Source of the DNA: Armatimonadota bacterium
GTDB taxonomy: Bacteria; Vulcanimicrobiota; JACPDS01; JBDRKI01
Direction: 5' to 3'
Assembly: GCA_043814095.1 (NCBI GenBank)
Contig: JBDRKI010000119.1
Span: 1 to 38,536, forward strand
Length of the DNA: 38,536 nt
In this document: positions 1 through 11,562 of the stretch, piece by piece
How the letters are laid out: each line of letters begins with the position of its first letter
Numbering within the stretch: the first letter of the stretch is position 1
Translations under genes and position numbers: made by a program
The notes under the pieces: model-generated
Database searches by the model: none
What the model was told of the DNA's origin: nothing
The model's input: the letters and a program-made list of their open reading frames with translations, nothing else

Positions 1-52
1 TAAGCCGCTTTAATTCAAAAGCTTTACACATGATAATGTCCTCTCTGGTCAT
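1..52 (-). CDS. 5' end of a gene running off the window edge (MTREDIIMCKAFELKAA...)
   Basis: ATG at 52 preceded by GGAGGG SD-like sequence; frame is open to position 1; too short to assign a product. Confidence 0.5.
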   Translation of the reverse strand, partial: MTREDIIMCKAFELKRL

Positions 53-170
53 AATTCCCTCCCTTTACAGGATATTATGACCTATAATTTTGTGACATTT
101 CTACTTTGGTTAATTAGGACATTATCATTTTTGTATTACAAGACGGGCAATTTATTGAAATATATAGTGT

Positions 171-1184
171 TTATAGGCAGCGTGCTCTGGTTTCGGCTAT
201 AAATTTTTCCAGCATCTGCACATCTTCTCTGCTGCCTATATAAAGGGAGGTTCTTTGATGGAGATCTTTGGGCTCAATCTCAAGTATTCTTTCCCTGCCG
301 TTGCTTGCCAGACCGCCGGCTTGTTCCACAATAAAGCTTAAAGGATTGCATTCATACAGAAGTCTGAGTTTGCCTTCGGGGTTTTTCATGGTTGCGGTGT
401 ATAAAAATATGCCGCCGTAAAGAAGGTTGCGGTGAAAATCAGCTACCAGTGAGCCTATATATCTGCTGGAATATGGGCTTCCGTTGTCCCCGCCCTTTTT
501 CAGGTAATCAAGATATTTTTTTACGCCCTCTTCAAAATGATTATAATACCCTTCATTTATGCTGTAGATTTTGCTTTTAGGCGGTATTTTTATATCTTTA
601 TGGGACAGTATGAATTCTCCTATAGAGGGGTCCAGGGTAAAGCCGTGGACTCCCATCCCCGTGGTCATTACGAGCACCGTGCTTGAGCCGTATATGATAT
701 AGCCTGCCGCCACCTGGTTTACGCCTTTCTGCAGGCAGTCATCCGTTGTAGCGGAATCTTCCCTGTCAGATGTTCTTCTGTATATAGAAAAAATAGTGCC
801 TATGCTTACATTGGCGTCTATATTTGAAGAACCGTCAAGAGGATCAATTAACAATACGTATTTGCCCAGATTTTTGCTTTTGGGTATTATTACATCTTCG
901 CTTTCCTCAGATGCTATTACACAGATCTCATTGCCGGAAGATATGAATTTAACTATTGTGTTGTTTGCATATACGTCTAATTTCTGCTGGGTCTCTCCGG
1001 ATGAGTTTTCTTCACCGGTAAAACCAAGTATATCAATTAACCCGGCTTTGTTTACTTCACGGTTAATGATTTTGCCGGCAAGCGCTATCTCATTCAGTAT
1101 TTTTGATAATTCTCCGGTTGCCTTGGGAAATAACTTTTGATTTTTAGCTATAAATCTTTCAATAGTAATAATTTTTTCCGGCAT
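171..1184 (-). CDS. fbp: Fructose-1,6-bisphosphatase class 1
   Basis: DPLDGSSNIDANVSIGTIF, RYIGSLVADFHRNLLYGGIF and GKLRLLYECNP motifs; GGAGG SD. Confidence 0.97.
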   Translation of the reverse strand: MPEKIITIERFIAKNQKLFPKATGELSKILNEIALAGKIINREVNKAGLIDILGFTGEENSSGETQQKLDVYANNTIVKFISSGNEICVIASEESEDVIIPKSKNLGKYVLLIDPLDGSSNIDANVSIGTIFSIYRRTSDREDSATTDDCLQKGVNQVAAGYIIYGSSTVLVMTTGMGVHGFTLDPSIGEFILSHKDIKIPPKSKIYSINEGYYNHFEEGVKKYLDYLKKGGDNGSPYSSRYIGSLVADFHRNLLYGGIFLYTATMKNPEGKLRLLYECNPLSFIVEQAGGLASNGRERILEIEPKDLHQRTSLYIGSREDVQMLEKFIAETRARCL

Positions 1185-1196
1185 AAAGACCTCCGT

Positions 1197-3595
<2,399 letters not shown>

Positions 3596-3658
3596 AATTA
3601 ACTCCTTGCATAAAACAATATTTTTAGTTTTATTTCTCTAATAAAGAAGATATTCCTT

Positions 3659-4564
3659 TTAAGCTATATCTTTTAATATATTTTTAAGCTCAAAGGAAAT
3701 ATCCGCGGTAAATTCAATAAATTCTTCGGTTTTAGGGTGGGTGAATCCTATTTTATACGCGTGCAAAAACTGGCTGGTTAGCCCGAGATTTTCATCTGCG
3801 GATTTCTTTCCGTAAAGCTGGTCGCCGACAACAGGGAGGCCGGCAAAATTTAAATGGACTCTTATCTGGTGCGTGCGGCCGGTATAGATATTTACTTCAA
3901 GCAGTGCGTATTTTTCGTATGATTTTATCATCTTCCATTTGGTTTTTGCCGTCCGTCCGTCTTCGCGCACGGCCATTTTTTTGCGGTTCTTCGGGTGGCG
4001 TCCTATGGGTTTTTCTATTATGCCTTCATTGTTTTTAGGTATCCCGTGCACAAGCGCCAGATATGTTTTTGATACCTGTCTTTTTGAAAATTGATTGCTT
4101 AATTTTATGTGCGAGGAGTCGTTTTTAGCCGCTATTATAATGCCCGAGGTATCTTTATCCAGCCGGTGCACAATTCCCGGGCGTTCTACGCCGCCAATGC
4201 CGGATAAGTCGGAACAGTGAGCCAGCAGGGCGCTGACAAGAGTTCCTTTTTTTGAACCCGCGCCCGGATGAACAGTCATGCCTTTGGGTTTATTTATTAC
4301 AATGATATCGTTATCTTCATATATTATATCAAGGGGAATATCTTCAGGTTCAAGATCAAGCTTTTTAAGTTCGGGGATAAATATTTTAATTTTATCTTTC
4401 TCGTTAATTTTATAATTAGCTTTTATCACTTTGTTATTAACCGTAACATTACCGGTTTTTATAAGCTTCTGTGTAAAAGAACGGCTGAAAGAGGTTATAT
4501 CCGCAAGGCATATATCAATACGCCTGCCTTCATATTTTTTTTCCGCGGTATATTCTCGGGTCAT
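3659..4564 (-). CDS. rluD: RluA/RluD-family pseudouridine synthase with N-terminal S4 domain
   Basis: NKPKGMTVHP, GIVHRLDKDTSG, TGRTHQIRVH motifs; downstream of lspA as is common. Confidence 0.9.
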   Translation of the reverse strand: MTREYTAEKKYEGRRIDICLADITSFSRSFTQKLIKTGNVTVNNKVIKANYKINEKDKIKIFIPELKKLDLEPEDIPLDIIYEDNDIIVINKPKGMTVHPGAGSKKGTLVSALLAHCSDLSGIGGVERPGIVHRLDKDTSGIIIAAKNDSSHIKLSNQFSKRQVSKTYLALVHGIPKNNEGIIEKPIGRHPKNRKKMAVREDGRTAKTKWKMIKSYEKYALLEVNIYTGRTHQIRVHLNFAGLPVVGDQLYGKKSADENLGLTSQFLHAYKIGFTHPKTEEFIEFTADISFELKNILKDIA

Positions 4565-4567
4565 ATT

Positions 4568-5284
4568 CTAGTCCGCCTTAAATCTTATAATTGGTTCTAT
4601 CCCGGAAAGCTTTTTAAAAGATTTTACGCCTTCTCCGGCGGAACACGCGATTCTGTCAGGGTCAGATATGTTTACTCCGGCAGTTATATCAACACCGTAG
4701 TCAAAAAGCACGTCATTTAAAGGGGTGCTGGGTCCCAGCACGATGCATTTTCTGCCTATGGAGAGCTCAAGCAGTCTTGGTAAAGATTTGTTTATAATGG
4801 CCGTGGCGCTTATGACCACAATATCGGATTCGGGTATCACTTCTTCCGAGGCGAAAGAGGGCAGTTCGTCTTCTTCCGGCTCTATTTCCAGAAAATACGC
4901 TTTTTTCGCCCTTAAACCGGCTTCCCGGTTAAACGGGAACCTTCCCACGACAGTTATGGTTTTATCCCCGCACATATCCATTATGCGGGTGTTTACGCTT
5001 TCTTTAACCCCGTCTGCGGGCTTTATTAATGAATTTAGCGCCGCCAGGCCCAGGGTGGCTTCCAGATTATCCCAGCTTTTTATTCCTTTAGCCACTTCCA
5101 GTGCGCTTTTTCCCTTAAAATTACCCGAAAAGGGGAGTTCTGTTTTTCCTTTTATCTTATAGGTGTGCGCCATGCCGGCATATTTACTGAGGACCACCGT
5201 CCAGTGAAGGCCTATTATTACCTGTCTTATTTCACTGTCAGCATCTTCTACGCTCTTTAAAAGATCATCTATTAACTTCATCAT
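4568..5284 (-). CDS. DUF4213/DUF364-like Rossmann-fold protein
   Basis: SWDNLEATLGLAALNS, DIVVISATAIINKSLPRLL, VLGPSTP pattern recalled for DUF364. Confidence 0.75.
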   Translation of the reverse strand: MMKLIDDLLKSVEDADSEIRQVIIGLHWTVVLSKYAGMAHTYKIKGKTELPFSGNFKGKSALEVAKGIKSWDNLEATLGLAALNSLIKPADGVKESVNTRIMDMCGDKTITVVGRFPFNREAGLRAKKAYFLEIEPEEDELPSFASEEVIPESDIVVISATAIINKSLPRLLELSIGRKCIVLGPSTPLNDVLFDYGVDITAGVNISDPDRIACSAGEGVKSFKKLSGIEPIIRFKAD

Positions 5285-5300
5285 ATCCCTCTTTTATATA

Positions 5301-6546
5301 TTATATCCAGCTTTTAAACCACATTAATTTATAGAAGAAAGCCTTGTTTACCGGTACGGCTATAATTACGGGAAGAAAAGTTATAAAAAACACAAAGGCG
5401 GCGATGAAGTATAAAATAACCAGGTTTTTATTTTTGGTCTCCCACCACCGTGTTAATATGCAGGTTATGCCCAGATACATAAATATTGTCGCGGGTTCAA
5501 GATAGTAAAAGAATCCGCCCTTGGTTGATATAAACCAGGGAAGGTAAAGTGAAAGATATCCGGCTATAATGAAAAATAAGGTGTCTTTCCTTGTTTTTAT
5601 AAAATCTATTATGATGAAAATAAAGAATATTAAAAAGCTCCACCATATAAACGGGTTTCCCATGGAGATTATTCCCTGGTATTTATCGTGTGGAATCTGC
5701 TGGAAATAAAACCACATAGGTCTTATCATAAGCGGCCATGTCCATACGGGTGTAAGGTAGTTATGGGCAAATGAAGATTCGTAATGGAAGGTTACGGATT
5801 TTACATGATTTAAGATAAATTGATTAAAGCTTTGTTTTTGCAGGAAAAACGGAATATATGAGGCTAAATATACAGCGGATGTAATTATGAAAAACAGAGC
5901 CAGTATGGATATAAAGCTTCCGGGGGCTCGGGTTCTTTTTTCCCTGCTGAAAAATTTATAATAAAACAGAATAATAAGAGCGCCGGCTATGGCGAAGATA
6001 CCGCTCCATTTGCAGGCGCATGAAAGCCCGAATGATATTACGCATAAGACAAGCATTGTTTTTTCTTTTTTTGTTTTTCCTGTTTCTGTATCAATATAAA
6101 GATATAAAAAATAAAATCCCAGCAGGGTAAAAAATGTAAGAAAAATATCAAGCGTCGCGATTCTTGATTGAACTATATTTAAGGGGCATATAGCAGTTAA
6201 AATGGCCGCGCTTATCCCCGCGAATCTGCTTTTAAATAACCTTTGTGCCAGGAAGTACATAAGGATTATCATTAAACTGCCTAGCAGGATTCCGGTTATT
6301 CTCCACCCGAGGGTGTTATCACCGAAGAAAAAAATACCGGCAGAGATCATTATTTTGCCAAGAGGAGGGTGCGTCCAGTTAGTGTCCGGTATGAAGCTAA
6401 GGTAAGTTTTTGCTCCTTTAATATAATAGGTTTCGTCAAAATATATTTCACCCGGGACGGTTTATATTTACAATCCTTAAATATAATCCGGCAAAAAAAA
6501 TAGTTATAAGCGTTATGTAATCAATTAATTTATTCCCGCGGGACAT
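5301..6546 (-). pseudogene. Phospholipid-carrier-dependent glycosyltransferase (PMT/GT39-like protein O-mannosyltransferase), split by a +1 frameshift at about 6450-6461 (pseudogene, recoded gene or sequencing error)
   Basis: ATG at 6546 gives MSRGNKLIDYITLITIFFAGLYLRIVNINRPG then TGA; the +1 frame continues EIYFDETYY...HPPLGK into the listed ORF 5301..6350 (SRIATLD, CKWSG, WTWPLMIRPMW, GNPFIWW). Confidence 0.8.
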
Positions 6547-6550
6547 TGCA

Positions 6551-7345
6551 TCAGATCCTTTTTGAAGTTTTTCTGCAAATTGTTATCCATATCACTGACA
6601 GGATAAAAATCACAAGGCTTACAATCTGGCCCATTGATAAAATGCCTAAGGCGTGCCTTACTATTTCTTCGGGATAGTCTCTTAAATATTCCAGCATAAA
6701 CCTTATAAATGAATAAGATGCCAGGTAAACAAGAAAAAGTTCGCCTTTAAATTTAGAGTATTTTTTTTCATAAAAAAGAAGAAAGAAAAATATCATAAGG
6801 TCAAGTATAAGTTCATATATCTGGGTGGGATGACGCATATGGAATATTTTTGCCTTCCCGAGAGCCTTTAACGATATACCGGTAAGAAGCTTCCCGCCGC
6901 AGCATCCGTTTAAAAAACACCCGATTCTTCCTATCGCCTGTCCGAGGGGAAATGAAGGCGCTATGCAGTCAAATAAGTCGCGTATGTTTATTTTTTTAAT
7001 TTTGCAGAAAACAAGCATTGTAGCGATGGCGAAGATAAGTCCTCCGTGCCACGCGAGTCCGCCCATGCTGAGATTGAATATTTCGGAAAAATGTTTGGAA
7101 TAATAGCCAAGGTGAATCAGCACATATGATATTCTTCCACCCAGGATCCCGAATACAAGGATGAAAAACGCAAGGTCTATGACATCATCTTTGTTTATAT
7201 TTTTATTTTTTGCGCGTTTGCTTGCGAGAAACATCCCTGCCAGAAAGCCGAGCACGAGCATTGTGCCGTAGGAATATACATGCAGGGGCCCTATGGAAAA
7301 CCCGAATAAATTGATTTTTTTTATGGTAAAGAGTACAGGATGCAA
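6551..7345 (-). CDS. lgt: Prolipoprotein diacylglyceryl transferase
   Basis: GGLAWHGG, GRIGCFLNGCC, HPTQIYE, RFMLEYLR motifs; TTG start. Confidence 0.95.
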   Translation of the reverse strand: MHPVLFTIKKINLFGFSIGPLHVYSYGTMLVLGFLAGMFLASKRAKNKNINKDDVIDLAFFILVFGILGGRISYVLIHLGYYSKHFSEIFNLSMGGLAWHGGLIFAIATMLVFCKIKKINIRDLFDCIAPSFPLGQAIGRIGCFLNGCCGGKLLTGISLKALGKAKIFHMRHPTQIYELILDLMIFFFLLFYEKKYSKFKGELFLVYLASYSFIRFMLEYLRDYPEEIVRHALGILSMGQIVSLVIFILSVIWITICRKTSKRI

Positions 7346-7798
7346 TTAAGACTCCTTAAATTCTTTTTTTTCGGCTATTATGACAGCTATAATAAGCCAT
7401 ATAAATGATACGGTAAGAGCAGTGTCAGCCAGGTTAAATACGGGCCAGACCCTGAAATCTATAAAATCTATAACATATCCCAGCCGTATTCTGTCGGTAA
7501 GGTTCCCGGCCGTGCCGCCCAGAATAAGCCCCAGGGGGATCTGGTATATAACCGGCAGTTTAATTATTTTATATGAGAATATTATAAAAGCAACTATAAC
7601 AAGAAACGATATAATGCCCAGCAGTAGGCTCAGATTCGTGAATAATCCGAACGCCGCGCCCTTGTTCTGTATGTAAGTAAGATACAGAACAGGCTTAATA
7701 ACAGGTATGCTCTGGCTTAGGTAAAAATTTTTTATAATTAAATATTTGCTTGCCTGGTCCAGGAAGTATTCAATTAAAGCAAATAATATAAAATACAT
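7346..7798 (-). CDS. lspA: Lipoprotein signal peptidase II
   Basis: DQASK, NKGAAFG, GNLTDR, VIDFI, FNLAD motifs. Confidence 0.97.
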   Translation of the reverse strand: MYFILFALIEYFLDQASKYLIIKNFYLSQSIPVIKPVLYLTYIQNKGAAFGLFTNLSLLLGIISFLVIVAFIIFSYKIIKLPVIYQIPLGLILGGTAGNLTDRIRLGYVIDFIDFRVWPVFNLADTALTVSFIWLIIAVIIAEKKEFKES

Positions 7799-7801
7799 AA
7801 T

Positions 7802-8122
7802 TTAAAAATGTCCGTATAATTTTTGCTGTACGACTTTTACAACTTCGGCTACAAATGTTCCTATGACGGGAACGTCAACCAGTGTTTTAGCCAGCTGGAA
7901 GAACAGGAGTATAAGCACGGCGGCTCCCACCATGGCACCGAACCCGCGCGCCACGCCTATCCAGAAATTTATCCAGATCAGCTTTACCGGCTTGTGCAGC
8001 AGGTTTAAATAATCATAAAGGTTAAGGCGTTCCAGAAGAATGGCAAGCTTCATAAGTTTTTTAGAGCTTACGTTAAATTCTTTTTCCAGATCCTGTTTTT
8101 GTTTTTTTATATCTTCACCCAT
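7802..8122 (-). CDS. Small membrane protein, DUF5665-like
   Basis: YLNLLHKPVKLIWINFWIGVARGFG..PVIG pattern; start moved to ATG 8122, which has a GAGG SD and avoids overlap with ileS. Confidence 0.7.
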   Translation of the reverse strand: MGEDIKKQKQDLEKEFNVSSKKLMKLAILLERLNLYDYLNLLHKPVKLIWINFWIGVARGFGAMVGAAVLILLFFQLAKTLVDVPVIGTFVAEVVKVVQQKLYGHF

Positions 8123-8139
8123 ATCTTTTATACCTCGTA

Positions 8140-10923
8140 TTAAACGGTCTGTTTTACGACGCTCCGGCACTTTGAGCATATTTTATCGTCGTCTACAAGC
8201 TCTTTAACGTAATTCCAGCATCTTTCGCACTTTTTGTTTTTTGTGGGCTCAAGATAAATTTTCACTTTCGGGAATTTCTCGGGTATGATTGTGCCGGCTG
8301 GGGGCTCTCCTTCTTCCGCGCTGTGCAGTTCCAGGCTGGCGACTCTGAAAATAGTGCGCAGGAATTCTTCGTTTCCCCTGAATGCCATGTATAAAGGTTT
8401 TTCCATGTAAATTTTTACGTCAGCTTCGGTGCTCTGTTTGATGGTTTGAGATTCTTTTTCTTTCTCCAGTATTGTATAAAGCTCGCTGCGCAGGGAGAGG
8501 ATTATATCCCATCTTCCTTCTTCTTCTTTGGTCAGGTAGTTTTTGGTATCCGGCCAGTCGGCCAGAAAAACGCTTTCCGCGCTTTTTGCCGGTATATATG
8601 ACCATATTTCTTCCGCGGTAAAGCTTAATACAGGCGCGCTTATAACCGCCAGGGCGTTAAGTATCTGATAAAGCACCCGCTGTGTGGCCCGGCGTTCGTC
8701 CGAATCTGCGGCATATGTATACAGGACGTCTTTTTTAATGTCAAGGTATAAGTTGCTCAGGTTATGTATGCAAAATGTGTGTATGAAACTGTATACCTGA
8801 TGGAAATTGTAATTTTCATAAGCCAGTTTTGCTTTCTCAACGAGGTAATGCAAGGTATTTAAAATCCATTTATCCAGCTCCGAGAGCTTATCGTCTTCAA
8901 CCCACATTGTTTCCTTGTCAAAATCGCATAAATTGCCCAGCATAAACCTGCAGGTATTCCTTATCTTGCGGTATGCTTCAAGTATGTGGTTCAATGTATT
9001 CCTGCTTATTTTTACGTCTGAAGTGAAATCCAGTGAAGCGAAATACAGTCTTAAAATGTCCGCGCCGTATTTTGATACTATCTCCATGGGGTCAACCACA
9101 TTTCCCAGCGATTTATGCATGGTGTTGCCGTGTTCATCAAGCACCCAGCCGTGAGTAAGAACGGTATTGTAAGGCGCTTTGCCTTTTGTCGCTATAGACG
9201 GCAGAAGTGAGAGCTGGAACCAGCCTCTGTGCTGGTCGCTTCCTTCAAGATACATATCGGGAGGCCAGTGCAGTTCATTTCTGTTTGAACAGACCGCTTC
9301 ATGGCTTACGCCTGATTCAAACCATACGTCAAATATGTTGGTTTCTTTTTCAAAATTACCGCCCCCGCATTTCGGGCATTTAAACCCTTCGGGTAGCAGG
9401 GAATTCGCGTCTTTTTCAAACCATACATCAGCCCCGTGTTCGGAGAATAATTTTGAAATTCCCTGTATTATATCGTAATTGTAAATTACTTCATTGCAGG
9501 ATTTACAGTAAAAAGCGGGTATAGGCGTGCCCCATATACGCTGGCGGGAGATACACCAGTCCGGTCTTCCTTCTATCATATTGTAGATTCTTTCTCTTCC
9601 CCAGGAAGGCACCCATTTTACCTGGTTTACCGCTTCAAGCGCGTTTAATCTAAGGTTATTTACATCCATTGCCACAAACCACTGCAGGGTTGCCCGGAAT
9701 ATCACCGGCTCTTTGCATCTCCAGCAGTGAGGGTAAGAGTGTGTTGTTTCGGACCTATAAAGCAGGTGTTTTGTGTTTTCAAGATGTTCTACTATTTTAG
9801 GATTGGCGCTAAGGTGGTGCATGCCCGCGAAATAAGGCACATCTTCCGTTATTTTTCCATGGTTGTCAACGGGAACAATTATGGGCAGTCCATTTTTTAT
9901 TCCCGCTTCGTAATCTTCCTGGCCGAACCCCGGAGCAGTATGCACGCATCCGGTACCCTGATCAAGGGTAACGTAATCCATTAAAATGGCAAGTGATTTT
10001 CTGTCTATAAACGGGTGCTGCGCGTATAACCCGTCAAGTTTTTCGCTGTCAATAACATCAAGTATTTCAAATTCTTTTTCCCTGATATCTTTAAGTAAGG
10101 CGTCTACCATCTCCTGTGCGATTATGAAAGCTTCGTCTTTTATCTTTACAAGAGCGTATTTTGTTGCCGGTTTTAAAGCGATGGCAAGGTTGCCCGGGAT
10201 CGTCCATGGGGTTGTTGTCCATATAAGGAAATTTATTTTTTTATCCCATGAAGGGAATAAATTTTCCGGTTTTGAGAGCAGTTCGAATTTTACGTATATA
10301 GAAGGCGACTTTTTATCTTTATACTCGATTTCTGCTTCAGCCAGGGCCGTTTCACATTTCCAGCACCAGTGTACAGGCTTTAAGCCCCTGTAAATAAAAC
10401 CTTTTTTTACAAGCTGTCCGAATATATCGGCTATTGTTGCTTCATAAGTTTTATCAACTGTAAGGTAGGGGTTTTCCCAGTCTCCTCTTATGCCTAACCG
10501 TTTAAACTGATCTTTCTGTACTTTCTGGTAATGCAGGGCATGGTCTAAACATTTTTTTCTTAAGGTTAAAGGATCAATATCTTTTCTTTCCACTTTTAAT
10601 TTCTTCAATGTGGCCATCTCAATAGGAAGCCCGTGCATATCCCATCCGGGTACGTACGGTGAATTAAAGCCCGTTAAGGTTTTATACTTTACGATTATAT
10701 CCTTAACTATTTTATTTAATGCCTGTCCGAGATGCACCGGGGCGTTGGAATAAGGGGGGCCGTCATGAAGTATATATTTAGGCATTTTTGAATTTTTTTC
10801 TTCTACTTTAGCGTAAATATCAATATCTTCCCAGAATTTTAATGTTTCAGGTTCTCTCTGGGGAAGATTTGCTTTCATCGGAAAATCCGTTTTTGGCAGG
10901 TTTAAGGTTTTGCCGTAATCCAT
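8140..10923 (-). CDS. ileS: Isoleucine--tRNA ligase, bacterial type 1 with C-terminal Zn finger
   Basis: LHDGPPY, WTTTPWTIP, GTGCVHTAP, DWCISRQR, EGSDQHRGWF, CERCW..CSKC; signature motifs read HLGQ and TMHKS. Confidence 0.98.
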   Translation of the reverse strand: MDYGKTLNLPKTDFPMKANLPQREPETLKFWEDIDIYAKVEEKNSKMPKYILHDGPPYSNAPVHLGQALNKIVKDIIVKYKTLTGFNSPYVPGWDMHGLPIEMATLKKLKVERKDIDPLTLRKKCLDHALHYQKVQKDQFKRLGIRGDWENPYLTVDKTYEATIADIFGQLVKKGFIYRGLKPVHWCWKCETALAEAEIEYKDKKSPSIYVKFELLSKPENLFPSWDKKINFLIWTTTPWTIPGNLAIALKPATKYALVKIKDEAFIIAQEMVDALLKDIREKEFEILDVIDSEKLDGLYAQHPFIDRKSLAILMDYVTLDQGTGCVHTAPGFGQEDYEAGIKNGLPIIVPVDNHGKITEDVPYFAGMHHLSANPKIVEHLENTKHLLYRSETTHSYPHCWRCKEPVIFRATLQWFVAMDVNNLRLNALEAVNQVKWVPSWGRERIYNMIEGRPDWCISRQRIWGTPIPAFYCKSCNEVIYNYDIIQGISKLFSEHGADVWFEKDANSLLPEGFKCPKCGGGNFEKETNIFDVWFESGVSHEAVCSNRNELHWPPDMYLEGSDQHRGWFQLSLLPSIATKGKAPYNTVLTHGWVLDEHGNTMHKSLGNVVDPMEIVSKYGADILRLYFASLDFTSDVKISRNTLNHILEAYRKIRNTCRFMLGNLCDFDKETMWVEDDKLSELDKWILNTLHYLVEKAKLAYENYNFHQVYSFIHTFCIHNLSNLYLDIKKDVLYTYAADSDERRATQRVLYQILNALAVISAPVLSFTAEEIWSYIPAKSAESVFLADWPDTKNYLTKEEEGRWDIILSLRSELYTILEKEKESQTIKQSTEADVKIYMEKPLYMAFRGNEEFLRTIFRVASLELHSAEEGEPPAGTIIPEKFPKVKIYLEPTKNKKCERCWNYVKELVDDDKICSKCRSVVKQTV

Positions 10924-10949
10924 AATAATCCCTCCGGGTTATGCAAATA

Positions 10950-10977
10950 GTAGGGGCAATTTTAAAATTGCCCCTAC
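10950..10977. repeat. Perfect 28-bp palindrome GTAGGGGCAATTTTAAAATTGCCCCTAC (REP-like or terminator hairpin)
   Basis: Read directly; followed by 2x AAGTTAAATTT and bracketed by ATGCAAA at 10941 and 11001. Confidence 0.7.
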
Positions 10978-11008
10978 AAGTTAAATTTAAGTTAAATTTA
11001 ATGCAAAA

Positions 11009-11227
11009 TTATTTTAAATTTACCAATTGCTTTTTCGCGAATTTAGTCAGATTTTCTTTAATTACCAGTTTGGTTTCATCATTTAAATTGCAGTAGACAT
11101 AATAAATGACCATTGAACCGACGGCTCCGAGGATAGCCGCGCCGATCATTCCTTCTATTGAAAACGAATCATTTCCGCAGCTGTTTAATTCAACGTTCAT
11201 TTCATCATCTTTTTCATAATCTTCCAT
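11009..11227 (-). CDS. Hypothetical 72-aa protein with a single TM helix (YtxH-like layout)
   Basis: GGAGG SD; overlaps the prp 3' end; acidic N-terminus, GMIGAAILGAVGSMVIYYVY hydrophobic segment, basic tail. Confidence 0.75.
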   Translation of the reverse strand: MEDYEKDDEMNVELNSCGNDSFSIEGMIGAAILGAVGSMVIYYVYCNLNDETKLVIKENLTKFAKKQLVNLK

Positions 11228-11552
11228 TATGCCTCCTGGTTTTAATTTTGATATATTTGGGATACTGCTTTTTTATTTCTTTTAAACTTTCATACAAAGT
11301 TTCCAGCAGTAACTGACTCTTTTCTATTTTTACCTGGCTTAATCCTTCATTTAAAATAAATAAAAGATAACCCTTCTTTATTTTTGTACGGCCGGAAATT
11401 TTAAGGATTTTTTTAAGCCCCAGAAGTGTACTCTGCAGTAAAGCAGAAGCAGCGGCGCATACAATGTCTTCGCCTTCTACGGCAAAACTCGCATGCCCGC
11501 TTGCTTCAAATCCGTAAAGATAAGTTCTTTTAAAAAAAGTTATCTCAAGCAA
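11214..11552 (-). CDS. prp: Ribosomal-processing cysteine protease Prp (YsxB/DUF464)
   Basis: SGHA...DIVCAAAS catalytic His/Cys motif; directly after rplU; TTG start. Confidence 0.9.
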   Translation of the reverse strand: MLEITFFKRTYLYGFEASGHASFAVEGEDIVCAAASALLQSTLLGLKKILKISGRTKIKKGYLLFILNEGLSQVKIEKSQLLLETLYESLKEIKKQYPKYIKIKTRRHNGRL

Positions 11553-11562
11553 GGAGGTGCCT

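Noticed and set aside
6448-6450. TGA readthrough (Sec or alternative genetic code)
   Set aside because: Readthrough hits another TGA a few codons later; the conserved sequence is in another frame, and TGA ends other genes here (lgt, nucleotidyltransferase, FecR gene).
6493-6500. T8 tract as the phase-variation site of the PMT frameshift
   Set aside because: Shifting there into the needed frame meets TAA stops before the FDE motif; the shift must lie at about 6450-6461.
10924-11008. T-box leader for ileS
   Set aside because: Only 85 nt and no GGTGGnACCGCG-type T-box sequence.
11009-11227. 72-aa ORF as a divergent L27
   Set aside because: No NGRDS or RQRG motifs; it has an acidic N-terminus and a TM helix.
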